Source: Hamiltosporidium tvaerminnensis FI-OER-3-3 (taxonomy: Eukaryota; Fungi; Microsporidia). Taken from it: a stretch of DNA of 64,000 nucleotides. The DNA lies in NCBI GenBank assembly GCA_022605425.2, contig JAKIMF020000005.1:124001-188000 (forward strand), written 5' to 3'. Below the pieces are notes generated by a model. It did no database searches and was not told the DNA's origin. It saw only the letters and a program-made list of their open reading frames with translations. This document shows positions 54,373 through 64,000 of the stretch, one piece after another. The position numbers were made by a program, and so were the translations under genes. Numbering within the stretch: the stretch's first letter is position 1; each line of letters begins with the position of its first letter.

Positions 54373-55648
54373 CTTTCATAAAGAAACAAGGTTAATTAAA
54401 ATTAAAAAATATTTAATTTAAAAAATAAATTATAAAATGACTTCTGAAAGGTAACATTTTATAAAATATTATTTGTAATAGTTTTATTCTTCTTTATAAA
54501 CTTGTCAAATATTTTATAATCTTATATCCTTGATTTGTAAGATATATTAAAATAATAGAAATAACCTTACTATGTACAGCTTATTTATCTGTATTTATAC
54601 CCAATTATTTGACTGAATTCTTATTTTCTAAATTCAATAAGAAACTAAGTCTTTAAAATAAACTATAACTCTATATTGAAATTTTGGGACTAAATAGGAA
54701 TTGAAAAGGTTTTAAATTTATATTTTTGTTTCTTTATGTTTAAGAAAGATTATAAACATTGATTTATTAATTGTGTAACTTAGAATATCTTCTTTGGATT
54801 TGAAAGGCTTAAATTAAGTATAAATTATTGAGTTAATGATTGAAATTCTTAATTAAGTAATTCAAACTTGTTCCTTGATTGATAAATTATATTTCAATTT
54901 TTTTTTTTGAGAAATGCAAATATTTAATAAACTTTTTATTAAAAACTGTAGAAAGTTTCTTTTTTTTTAATTAAATTTCTATAAAATACTTATAAATATG
55001 TTTTTAAAGGGGAATTGAATTGTAAAATCGTATAATTTTGATTTATTTGTTTTATATCAAAGAAAGGATGAAGAAGTGGATATTTATGAATACAATTGTT
55101 TATAACAGTATTTCCATGTAATATTATAAGAGGAAATATGTGAATTATTAATTTAATCGATTTTTTATTAAATATTAGTTTATCAGAGATTTTAATATTA
55201 TAGAAGAACATTAGAAAGATAAAAGTATTTTTATTGATAAAACGGTTGAAAATTGGAATATTAATTGTAAATTATTGAATTGAAAATGTGAAAGTTAGAA
55301 ATAAAATTATTGTTTTTAAAGTTACTGATGGTTTCCTTATTCATTAATTTAATATTAATTTTAAAGTAGTGAGATGTAAATATAAATTTGTTTTTTGAGA
55401 AGAGAAATTGGTTTTTGAAATATTAGATATAATATAAAATATTATAAATTTGTTTTTGAAAGATGTGAAATTTATACAATATAATATAGTATAAATTGGT
55501 TGTAGATTGTCTAAATACGATAAAATAATTATAGATAAACTTATTGAAAGTGTTAGTATAATCTAGGATAATAAAAATTGGTTGTAGATTCTCTAAAATA
55601 TATTTTTTTATATTCAAAATATTTATTTTATGAAGTAAGCTTTGTTTG

Positions 55649-56239
55649 CTAATTTCTACGAAACAAAATATTTTTGTAATTTTTATTTTTTATAAGTTCA
55701 CGATTCAATTCCCAAAACATATTAACCAATTTTTTAGAAGGAATTTCGTATGAATTTATATCGCTAGGTGTAGATTTGATTTCAGGAGTAAATTTTTGTT
55801 CGGAATCCGATTGTTTTGTATTTTTTGTTGTTTCTAGACATTCGTTTGATTCGTATCTGTTTTCAATAGAAATTTGTTTTTCATTAAATAAAGAAGAATT
55901 AGAAGTTTTTTTAATATAGTTGTCATTTTGTGCTCCATAATCAAATCTAATGCCATATTTTGATTCTGCATAATCTATTTCCTTCATGGCTTGTCTTGTA
56001 TTTTGAAACCATACCTGTATGGATCTTTGTGGTATTTTTAAAAGGACTGATATGCTGTTTCTTGTATCTGTAGAAGGATAACTTGTCATGGAATATACCT
56101 TCTTCAACATACTTATTTGTAACGGGTCTTTGTATTTATATATTCCACTTGTACCAAATCTGTACTCACATTCACCGTTTAGTTTAAGCAATGAAATTAA
56201 TGTATCTGCTTCTTTTTCTGTTATCTCGAATATTTTCAT
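55649..56239 (-). CDS. Homeodomain transcription factor (microsporidian HD-type)
   Basis: QISMLKKVYSMTSYPSTDTRNSISVLLKIPQRSIQVWFQNTRQ: helix-3 QVWFQN.R signature with the helix-1/loop YP motif. Confidence 0.92.
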   Translation of the reverse strand: MKIFEITEKEADTLISLLKLNGECEYRFGTSGIYKYKDPLQISMLKKVYSMTSYPSTDTRNSISVLLKIPQRSIQVWFQNTRQAMKEIDYAESKYGIRFDYGAQNDNYIKKTSNSSLFNEKQISIENRYESNECLETTKNTKQSDSEQKFTPEIKSTPSDINSYEIPSKKLVNMFWELNRELIKNKNYKNILFRRN

Positions 56240-57129
56240 ATCAGTTATATTTTCTTTTTTTAAATATTTTCAATTATTTATTAATTAAACAAAATATCAT
56301 TAAATCACTAAATCGAATTTTCAAATAGAAATATCACATTTCAATTAACTTTTTTTGATTTGACATTCTTCAAATCAAAAAAAAAAATCTAGAATCAAAA
56401 AAAATGTAATTGAAAAATTTATTGTGAATTATGAGTGTTTTTTTTTAATAATTAATTTAATTTATGCGCATAATATAGCAATGGTTGTCGTTTTTATTTG
56501 TTTTGTATTTTATTTTCTATTTTAGGTCAAAATCTGATTGAAAAATATCTTTGATATATTAATATCTATCAGTTCAATATTTGCGAATCAAAATTATTCT
56601 TTGTTGAAAAATTTGCCAAAAAATATGTAGTTATATAAAATATGAAGTATTTGTTCTTTAATTTAATATGTATTTCCCTCATAAATATTCCAAGGTCGAT
56701 TTAAATATTAAGAAAAGAATTCAATAAAGTATTTGAAGCCAGCAAAAAATAGAAATACATTAATAATAAATATCCTCATCTACAAGAAATATGTAAAATG
56801 CAAATATAAACATTTATAAATTGTATTCACAGTAAATACTTACATCATAATATATTCACATAAAAAATTCTATTTTCATTAAATTATTTTTTTATTTTCA
56901 ACTTTAATTAAATTTAATTTAGATAAATATAAATTAAATTAAATAATTTAATAAAAATTTTCAAAGAATGTGTTTTAATTTTAATTATTTTCAAAAACCA
57001 ATTCATTTATATTTTTTTTTAAAAGAAAAAAAAAATAATTTTTTATTAAATTTTTTATTTTTGGTCCCTTAAAATTTAAAAACGAAAGTTAATTTATGCT
57101 TTTAGAAATAAATTGAACATTTATATTTT

Positions 57130-57760
57130 GTTTACAGTTACTGTAACGAGGATGCATAAAACTGAAATGAAGTGTTTTAACTTTATTTTATACTTTTTTA
57201 GAGTCATGTTTGAAGGAATAAAAAGATGCGAGAAGAGGTCATATTGAGTATATTTTAGAAGGAAGTCATAAGTTTTGTCTTTGAAATTCAAAAGCTTGTT
57301 ATAAAAAATATTTGACACGAATATAATTGGCTATAATCAAGTATTTTATGTTTTTTTCATTTCTTAAATAAATTTTAAATTATTATTCTTTTAATCTGAT
57401 CGAAACTGTTATATCTAATGGTTTCTATTAAAGAACTTAAGAAATAAAAAGAATAGAAAATCTAACTATGTACTATCTAGCGTTTTAAACAAGTTAAGAT
57501 AATTTCAATTATGAAATTATATAAAATAATTTTATTTAAATCGAAATTTTCTAGTTAAAGAACTTAGAAATATAATTTGCTTGCCAATGAGTTGGGTCTT
57601 ATTTATAAATGTAATTTTAGAAAAACATATAATACTATTGTAACTAAATATTACAATATGTACCATAAAAATATTTTTACTAGTCTGAATAGAGGTATGC
57701 ATACATTCAATATTGTTTAAAAATACTGATTTTGTTTATTGTAGTCAGGATATGAAAATA
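57130..57760 (+). mobile_element. Highly decayed 3' relic of the same RLE-type retrotransposon, copy 3
   Basis: 57568-57612 translates KYNLLANELGLIYKC; downstream IVTKY; upstream RCEK (~57225). Boundaries approximate. Confidence 0.7.
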
Positions 57761-58389
57761 TAGTCAATTTTTAAATGATCTATAAGCAACAAGCAAAATA
57801 TCTATATATGCTATATACAGGTGGCAAATGTACTTCACTTTTTTTAAAATTACAAGATTCCAAGGAAGTATTCTAAATATTTCTATAATCTAATATGAAT
57901 TATTAAGTAATAAATTTAAGTAAATTCTTGATTTGTAATACAGAGTGACACCAAACTTTAAAGATGAATGAAGCAAGTAAGACAAGTAAATAACTTAATA
58001 TTTAAAAAGGTAACATCAATTCATCAAATAAATTTATATAAATAAATATTTTTGAATTGTAAAATAATTACAAAAAGCAAATTAATTTAAGGAAATAAAT
58101 AATTTAAACATTTCTTAAGCTTGTAATCTAACACAAAACACGTAAAATTAAAATTTTAGTTTTATAAAAGTTTATAAAAAGATAAATTTATTCTGTTTGG
58201 AAAAAATTTCTCATCGCTCATAAATTAATAATAAAAATATTTATATTGATTTTTATTGGTATTCTACATTTTTTTATTAATGTTTCTTATTCGATACACA
58301 AATTGAAAAATATTTTTTTTTCAATTTTAAATTTTTTTAAAGTCCAAACGATGAACGTTTAGATCCTTTAATATTTAGAGTACTTTCTT

Positions 58390-58700
58390 AAATAAAAACA
58401 TTCTCATAATTTCTGTAAATTCTTACAATTAAATATAATTCCTATAATTTAAAATACATTCTCATAATCAAGAATCATTCTTTATAATAGAATACATTAC
58501 TATAGTTAAAATACATTCTTATAATTGTAACACCATCTAATATAATTAAACACTTTATATAAAAAATAAATTCTAATATAATTGTAGCACTTTATATACA
58601 ATTAAACACTTTCAATAAAACAGAATATTTTCTAATATAATTGCAGCACTTTCTATGTAACAAAATATTTTCTATGTAACAGAATATATTATTTCTTAAA
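58390..58700. repeat. Degenerate AT-rich tandem repeats upstream of ArfGAP (AAAATACATTCT.ATAAT / TATAATTG.AGCACTTT)
   Basis: Recurrent imperfect motifs; unit length irregular. Confidence 0.5.
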
Positions 58701-58794
58701 TAACAAAATATTTTCTCTTCTTTTTATCAGTAATTTGAAACTTTGTTTTAAATTTTGTTTTTACTTTTATTCAAACACAAATTTCCCCCTTCAA

Positions 58795-59640
58795 ATGAAC
58801 GATTCTCTTCCAAAAGCAGTAGTAAACGAATTTTTTAAAAGACTTAGATCATATAATTGTAACAGTAAATGTGCAGATTGCAATAAAAAGACACCAATAT
58901 GGACATCTTTAACATTTAGTGTATTTATATGTGCAGAATGTGCTACCAAGCATCGCGAAATGGGTGTAACAATTACCAAAGTAAAAAATACTGTATTAGA
59001 TAGTTGGACACTTCCAGATCTACGGAGGATGAGTGTTGGTGGAAATGAAAGGGCTTTGGTTTTACCACAGACTTTGGATATTTTTGAAAAGTATAGAGTT
59101 TCTAAATGGTATTCTATAGAAATTGATGAGTTGGTAACAATTAGTGAAGAAAAAATGCCAAACGATGAATTTCTTAAAGTTAAAGAAAGTGTCAAACCAA
59201 GAGGTAATAGAAATATTGTTATTGAAGAAAAGGAACCACCCAAGCTTGGAAGTGCAGTCAGTCATATTCCAACTGAAAGTTTTGAGAAAAATAATGAAAA
59301 TGCAAAAATTCAAACCAAAAAAGATAAATCCAAAGAAAAACAAGAATCTGTTTGTTTTGTTAATATTTCTACTGCCAGTTCTGGTCTGCAGAAGGCTGAT
59401 ACTCCTTCTTATAAACTTACAGATTCTTCTAATCTTCATCGTGTTGGTCTTGGAAATGTACAGTTGGAAACAGAAGAAGACAAAGGTAGATATTCTTACA
59501 AATGTGCACCTGTTAAACACGTTTATGTTCCTAAAAGTAAAAATGAGAAAGATGATGTTGTTAAAGACACAATAAAGAAAATAGCGTTGGGCGGTAAAAG
59601 TGTGATTGGAAATATTGTTAATAAATTTAATAAGAAATAA
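58795..59640 (+). CDS. ADP-ribosylation factor GTPase-activating protein (Glo3/Gcs1-like), 281 aa
   Basis: CADC-x16-CAEC-x4-R zinc finger (NSKCADCNKKTPIWTSLTFSVFICAECATKHREMGV), LDSW, MSVGGN. True start taken as ATG 58795, after CCCCC (58785-58789), not the TTG at 58735. Confidence 0.95.
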   Translation: MNDSLPKAVVNEFFKRLRSYNCNSKCADCNKKTPIWTSLTFSVFICAECATKHREMGVTITKVKNTVLDSWTLPDLRRMSVGGNERALVLPQTLDIFEKYRVSKWYSIEIDELVTISEEKMPNDEFLKVKESVKPRGNRNIVIEEKEPPKLGSAVSHIPTESFEKNNENAKIQTKKDKSKEKQESVCFVNISTASSGLQKADTPSYKLTDSSNLHRVGLGNVQLETEEDKGRYSYKCAPVKHVYVPKSKNEKDDVVKDTIKKIALGGKSVIGNIVNKFNKK

Positions 59641-59642
59641 CG

Positions 59643-59850
59643 AGGGTGTTAATATATAGGTAGGACAGAGGGGTGCTAATAATCAAATATTTTATATAAA
59701 TTAAAGGGGTGTTAATATATTGGTAGGACAGAGGGGTGCTAATAATCAAATATTTTATGTATTAATTAAAGGGGTGTTAATATATAGGTAGGACAGAGGG
59801 GTGCTAATAATCAAATATTTTATGTATAAATTAAAGGGGTGTTAATATAT
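59643..59850. repeat. ~64-bp dimeric minisatellite (GGGGTGTTAATATATAGGTAGGACAGA + GGGGTGCTAATAATCAAATATTTTATGTATAAATTAAA), ~3.2 copies
   Basis: Near-identical units starting 2-3 bp after the ArfGAP stop; the core is the reverse complement of the 50989-51330 array core. Confidence 0.95.
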
Positions 59851-60447
59851 GATATTTTTTATCTATTAATTAAATATTAAACAACTCTTCCTATATTTTG
59901 AAATATTAGAAATTATAAATTGATTAAATATGGAATTCTATGGTCAATATACTTATAGTAATAAAATTTTTAACACAATATTTACTATTCTTTTCCTTAT
60001 ATTTGATAAAAATATATTTATTCTTTACGTATGAATTTACATTTATAAATTAAAATGATCAGAGTATTAGGTAAGCAATCAATGCTTTAAATATTGTTCT
60101 TTGACAAAGGCAGTACCTTTGGATTCATTATGAATTTTTAAATAAAATCTTTGTTTTTAATTTCTAAATTTATTTTTATTTATCAAACAAGAAATATGAA
60201 ATTATTTGAATGAGTGAGGCTGATATAAATTAACTTTACTTTTTAATAAATTATATTCGTAAATTCTGTATTCAATACATTTTTATGTTTGAAATTTAGA
60301 TAAATATTTAATAAATACAGTAAGTAGAGTGTTTGAATAAGCTGGAGTAGAATTGATTAAAATAAATATTTTATTTCTAAATATTTATAAAGAAAAATTA
60401 GAAGTAATAAAGGAATAGAAAATAGAGAAAAAAATAATTTATTTTTG

Positions 60448-60741
60448 TTAATTTTTTTTATGCATAAAACATTGGTGCTTTTCATTTACATGTGTGACCA
60501 TTTGGTACGAATCATTTTTTTCATTTAAAAAATATATTTTGTTGGGGAGATGTGTGCATGTAATTGGAAAAATATCTGTTCCTACTTTAAGTGACATTGT
60601 GCCGTCTTTGTACTTTATAAGTTTTGTGTTTGATTGCGTGTTACGCCATCTTACTTGTAGGCCACGTATTGATGTATCGTTTGGTTTGTATTCTTCTTCT
60701 ACAAATTCTAAATTCTTTGGTTTTTTGAAGAGAAAGAACAT
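60448..60741 (-). CDS. LEO1: Minimal Leo1-like protein (Paf1 complex subunit), 97 aa
   Basis: VRWRNTQSNTKLIKYKDGTMSLKVGTDIF matches the Leo1 core (IRWR...[23 protein letters not shown]); N-terminal FKKPKNL parallels VKLPNFL; CACCCTT motif upstream (60754-60760) and AATAAA after the stop. Confidence 0.8.
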   Translation of the reverse strand: MFFLFKKPKNLEFVEEEYKPNDTSIRGLQVRWRNTQSNTKLIKYKDGTMSLKVGTDIFPITCTHLPNKIYFLNEKNDSYQMVTHVNEKHQCFMHKKN

Positions 60742-61184
60742 TTAAAAGAGATGAAGGGTGTGGTTTATTTAAAAAATTGTTCTTATATTTTTATAAATAA
60801 ATTTAGAGTCAATCGAAATTGGGGGGGGGGTATTTGGTTACTTCAAAGTACAGATTTAATATTTTTATAGAACGGAAAAATAATTTATTTAATAAAATAT
60901 GATACAAGGGTGTATTTTTTGTAATTAATAAAATTTCTTAGGTGGAGAGAGGATAACCACATTAAAAACTTACTGCTTGTAATGGATGTATACAATCCGT
61001 ATTAAAATCATTTCTACCATTGTGGTAGAATATCAACCACACTGGATCTTTAGGCCAATCCCCTATAATCTCGAGTTATACTGATTAAAAGAAACAAATG
61101 GAAAACTTTCATTTGGACATCCTCGACAGGAGAGGTAAAAGAGGCTCGGAATAAGACAATATTTAGAATTTCTTGAAAATTTAT

Positions 61185-61390
61185 TTTTTCTAACCTGGTA
61201 CGGTATTGTGACATAATATATAAGGTGATCTTTATAGGACTTCAATACAAGTAAGACTAGAGGCATATATTCAGTCGATAGTACTAAAAAAGACAGTCGA
61301 AGTAATTTTTTTTGATAGACGAAGAGAATTACAGTCAAGACTAAATACTAGTGAAAGCTGGGAAATGGTAAATTGGATGTATTACATCTA
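61185..61390 (+). mobile_element. Extreme 3' relic of the same RLE-type retrotransposon, copy 4
   Basis: TWYGIVT, then from 61257 LEAYIQSIVLKKTVEVIFFDRRRELQSRLNTSESWEM, collinear at DNA level with 49855-50040. Confidence 0.78.
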
Positions 61391-62454
61391 TAAAAGATAT
61401 ATGAACAATTTATAATTAATTAGATGCACAAATTAAAAATAAATAAAGTCATTATCAGAAGAAAAAGTCAAATTTATGAATCATAATTACTCTAAAAACC
61501 ATGAAAAGTGATTTATTGATTACAAAATATAGCAAAAAATCAAAAAATAAACAATGAAAGGGATTAAAACTGGAAAAATTAGTCCTGAAATACTCAGCTT
61601 CTACTAAAACTTATTTTTATGGTGGTTTTTAAACCTTTAAAAGTTTCTTTTCAAACTAACTAACAAACTAACTCTGCAGCGCTCAGATCTTGAAGAACTC
61701 GAGCCTCCTTGTTTATAATAGATACTTTAACAAACTGATAAATGAAATACTAGCTGTATTAATTTACAACAAAAACGTATTAAATAGATATAAATATCTC
61801 GGATGTAATTATATCTTAAATTTTAGCATATTTGCTATGATTAAAGTAAATAAATTTAATGGTATCCTTGATTAAAAACTAAGTAAGTAGTTTAAGCCTA
61901 AAAAAATTTTGTTTTTTAATTAGAAACATCATGAGCTAAAATATTTTTAACTCTTTTATATTTTCTTCTACCTCTTTAGTTATAGAATTATATAACAAGA
62001 TACTAATTTAGATTTTACATTGAATTAAATTATGTGTGTGACTATTACAGAAATCCAAAAAACCAAATTATAATCGTTAAATTTTACATTTAATCTGTAA
62101 AAGTATTTGTCGTTGCCGTAATTTTCGGGAAGGCAGCTAAGTTTGAATTACGTCTCTAACAAAGAGATCGTATTCCCGCTCACCATTCCTCTGTTGTTGT
62201 AAAGTAAAGAATTGTTTTTAGAAAAATTGTCTTTATTAATTTTGTTCATGATGGCACACCCCTCTAGTTTATTTTAAAATATAAAATAAAAATATAGTAT
62301 TTTGTGATATAAATAATATCACAGTCGTATAATTTTCCCAATAAAATAGTTTAAAATAGAAAGTTAATATTAAAACATTCGAAATAATGAATTACAGCTA
62401 AATAACCTGTCTTATACGAAGATTTATATAGAAAGCATTTTTATTATATGATGA

Positions 62455-63348
62455 CTAAGAGATATTATAAATCGTTTCTAGATTTTTTAAATATTCTGCC
62501 TCGTAAAATAAAAGAAAAATGGAGGATAGAATAGAAATTAATGCCGTAACTACCCGAAGAACCGGTATGTTTATATCAATCAAAGGCTTTGACTTTGCTA
62601 ATAACATATAATAGCTCCATATATAGACCGTAAGAAGAAAAATAACTACTAAACCACATATAATCATAAGACAATAAACTAAAATGGTAAAACATCCTAT
62701 TTCAGGTAATTCATTACCCTTGTAAACCATCATAAGTTTCTTACAAAAATCATACACTACAACACCGCAATCAAAAAAAGTTGTATAACAACTCATTATA
62801 ACAATCCATGGTTTATAATAGCATGAAAATTTATGATATATCTCAATATAATTATCTTTATATACTTCATCATTTTCGTTATATTTACTATACCAATATA
62901 TGGTGCTGTAAAACATAACTTTAATCAATAAAAATGTACCAAAGAATATGCATGATACTCGTGTAAGTTTCCAAAGAATAATATAGGCCAGATGTTTATA
63001 ACTTCTAATATCATTTGATATATTTTCACATAAAAAGATTAGCATTTTAAATACGACTGAAAACCAGAATAGAAAATCAAAAAATAACTCAATATTTCCT
63101 AAATTAATATCTTCGTAATAACTTTGAAATCGTTTTGATGAATTATTTATGTTTGTTTCTAGAATATCTGTTTTTTTATGAAACACAGTGAAAAATAATA
63201 AAATCAACATATTTATAGACATAAAACATATTAATCTAATAAACATGGAGTAATTTGTAAAGGAATTTAAATATTTGAATTTGAATTTGAATATAACATT
63301 AGAAAGCAATTTATCTTTCAAGTAAATATGTTTTTCTTGTAATAACAT
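62455..63348 (-). CDS. Hypothetical multi-pass membrane protein (~6 hydrophobic segments)
   Basis: 0.9-kb ORF with alternating hydrophobic stretches; the real start may be the downstream ATG at 63246 (MFIRLICF..., preceded by CTCC). No family recognised. Confidence 0.8.
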   Translation of the reverse strand: MLLQEKHIYLKDKLLSNVIFKFKFKYLNSFTNYSMFIRLICFMSINMLILLFFTVFHKKTDILETNINNSSKRFQSYYEDINLGNIELFFDFLFWFSVVFKMLIFLCENISNDIRSYKHLAYIILWKLTRVSCIFFGTFLLIKVMFYSTIYWYSKYNENDEVYKDNYIEIYHKFSCYYKPWIVIMSCYTTFFDCGVVVYDFCKKLMMVYKGNELPEIGCFTILVYCLMIICGLVVIFLLTVYIWSYYMLLAKSKPLIDINIPVLRVVTALISILSSIFLLFYEAEYLKNLETIYNIS

Positions 63349-64000
63349 TTTCTATATTTGGAAATAATAATTTGTACTAAAATGTATTTTTTTTAGAAAA
63401 AATGATTATAGAAGGTGGCATTATATAAATATAGAAATACAATTTCTAAAGAAATCAAATATTTTTTTTAATCAAAAGAAATTTTAATAAATTAAAAACG
63501 AAATATTTTAGAAAATAAAGAAATTTATTTGAATTTATTAACTAGTAAACTGTTTGCTAAGATTTGTTATGAATATAATGCTTCATATTTATGTCTTTAG
63601 CTATTTAAAATCAGATTAATTGTAATCTCTTATTTTTCCAAAAAAAACAATTTGATAAATTAAGATTTCTATTTGATAAAAATCATATCTGTTTCATCAA
63701 GTAGCAAGTTTTTATGGTTTTCATGACATTAACGAAGTTCTTTTTCTAAGATAAATACTACGCAAGAATATGCAGTATTTCTGTTTACTCTACACTTTAC
63801 GAACCGGAATAGGCTTTTAGCTAAGATATATCTCGGCGACTTACATGGAATCTACTTAGATGTTGTATTTCCATACCAAAAATATAACCTGCTAATTAGC
63901 ATTCCTGGCTTTTCAAAGAGCTTTTTGAATCTATTTTGTGCTAAGTCTTCTAACTAGAGTGAGTAAGGCTAGCTCTTTCTATGCTTTTACATGGTAATTA

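Noticed and set aside
58735-58794. ORF-track N-terminal extension of ArfGAP
   Set aside because: TTG start; the CCC motif directly precedes ATG 58795 and domain similarity begins there.
44960-60745. Overlapping or antisense short ORFs (44960, 45613, 52004, 52337, 56088, 58791, 59062, 59144, 60494)
   Set aside because: Shadows of real genes in other frames or strands, with no independent motifs.
61010-61031. ATTTCTACCATTGTGGTAGAAT hairpin resembling a Cas12a direct repeat
   Set aside because: Single copy with no array or cas gene; an 8-bp stem is expected by chance.

Overview
Very AT-rich eukaryotic DNA, most likely from a large-genome microsporidian (Hamiltosporidium-like; this is inferred from CCC/GGG motifs just upstream of start codons, a 26-nt GTAAGT...TAATTT..AG intron directly after the RPS17 ATG, compact divergent proteins, and the repeat and retroelement content). 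The window has two compartments. About 1-45 kb is a near gene desert holding one intact 478-aa orphan ORF, six copies of a ~215-280 bp non-coding dispersed element that joins the 5' leader and 3' terminus of an RTE-clade LINE, a decayed Buster-type hAT transposase (interrupted by one of those copies, with a target-site duplication), and a (GTATTA)29 microsatellite. About 45-64 kb is gene-richer: a membrane-anchored or secreted USP deubiquitinase, RPS17, an amino-acid transporter, a homeodomain protein, an ArfGAP, a 97-aa minimal Leo1-like protein and a multi-TM orphan. These genes are interleaved with four 3'-end relics of an RLE-type non-LTR retrotransposon and two GGGGTGTTAAT-core minisatellites that start right at stop codons. 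The most notable candidate system is the RTE-derived short element, which has a fixed 5' end and a structured leader (possible uncharacterised ribozyme or cis-element). All alignments and translations were done by eye; no database searches or folding computations were run.
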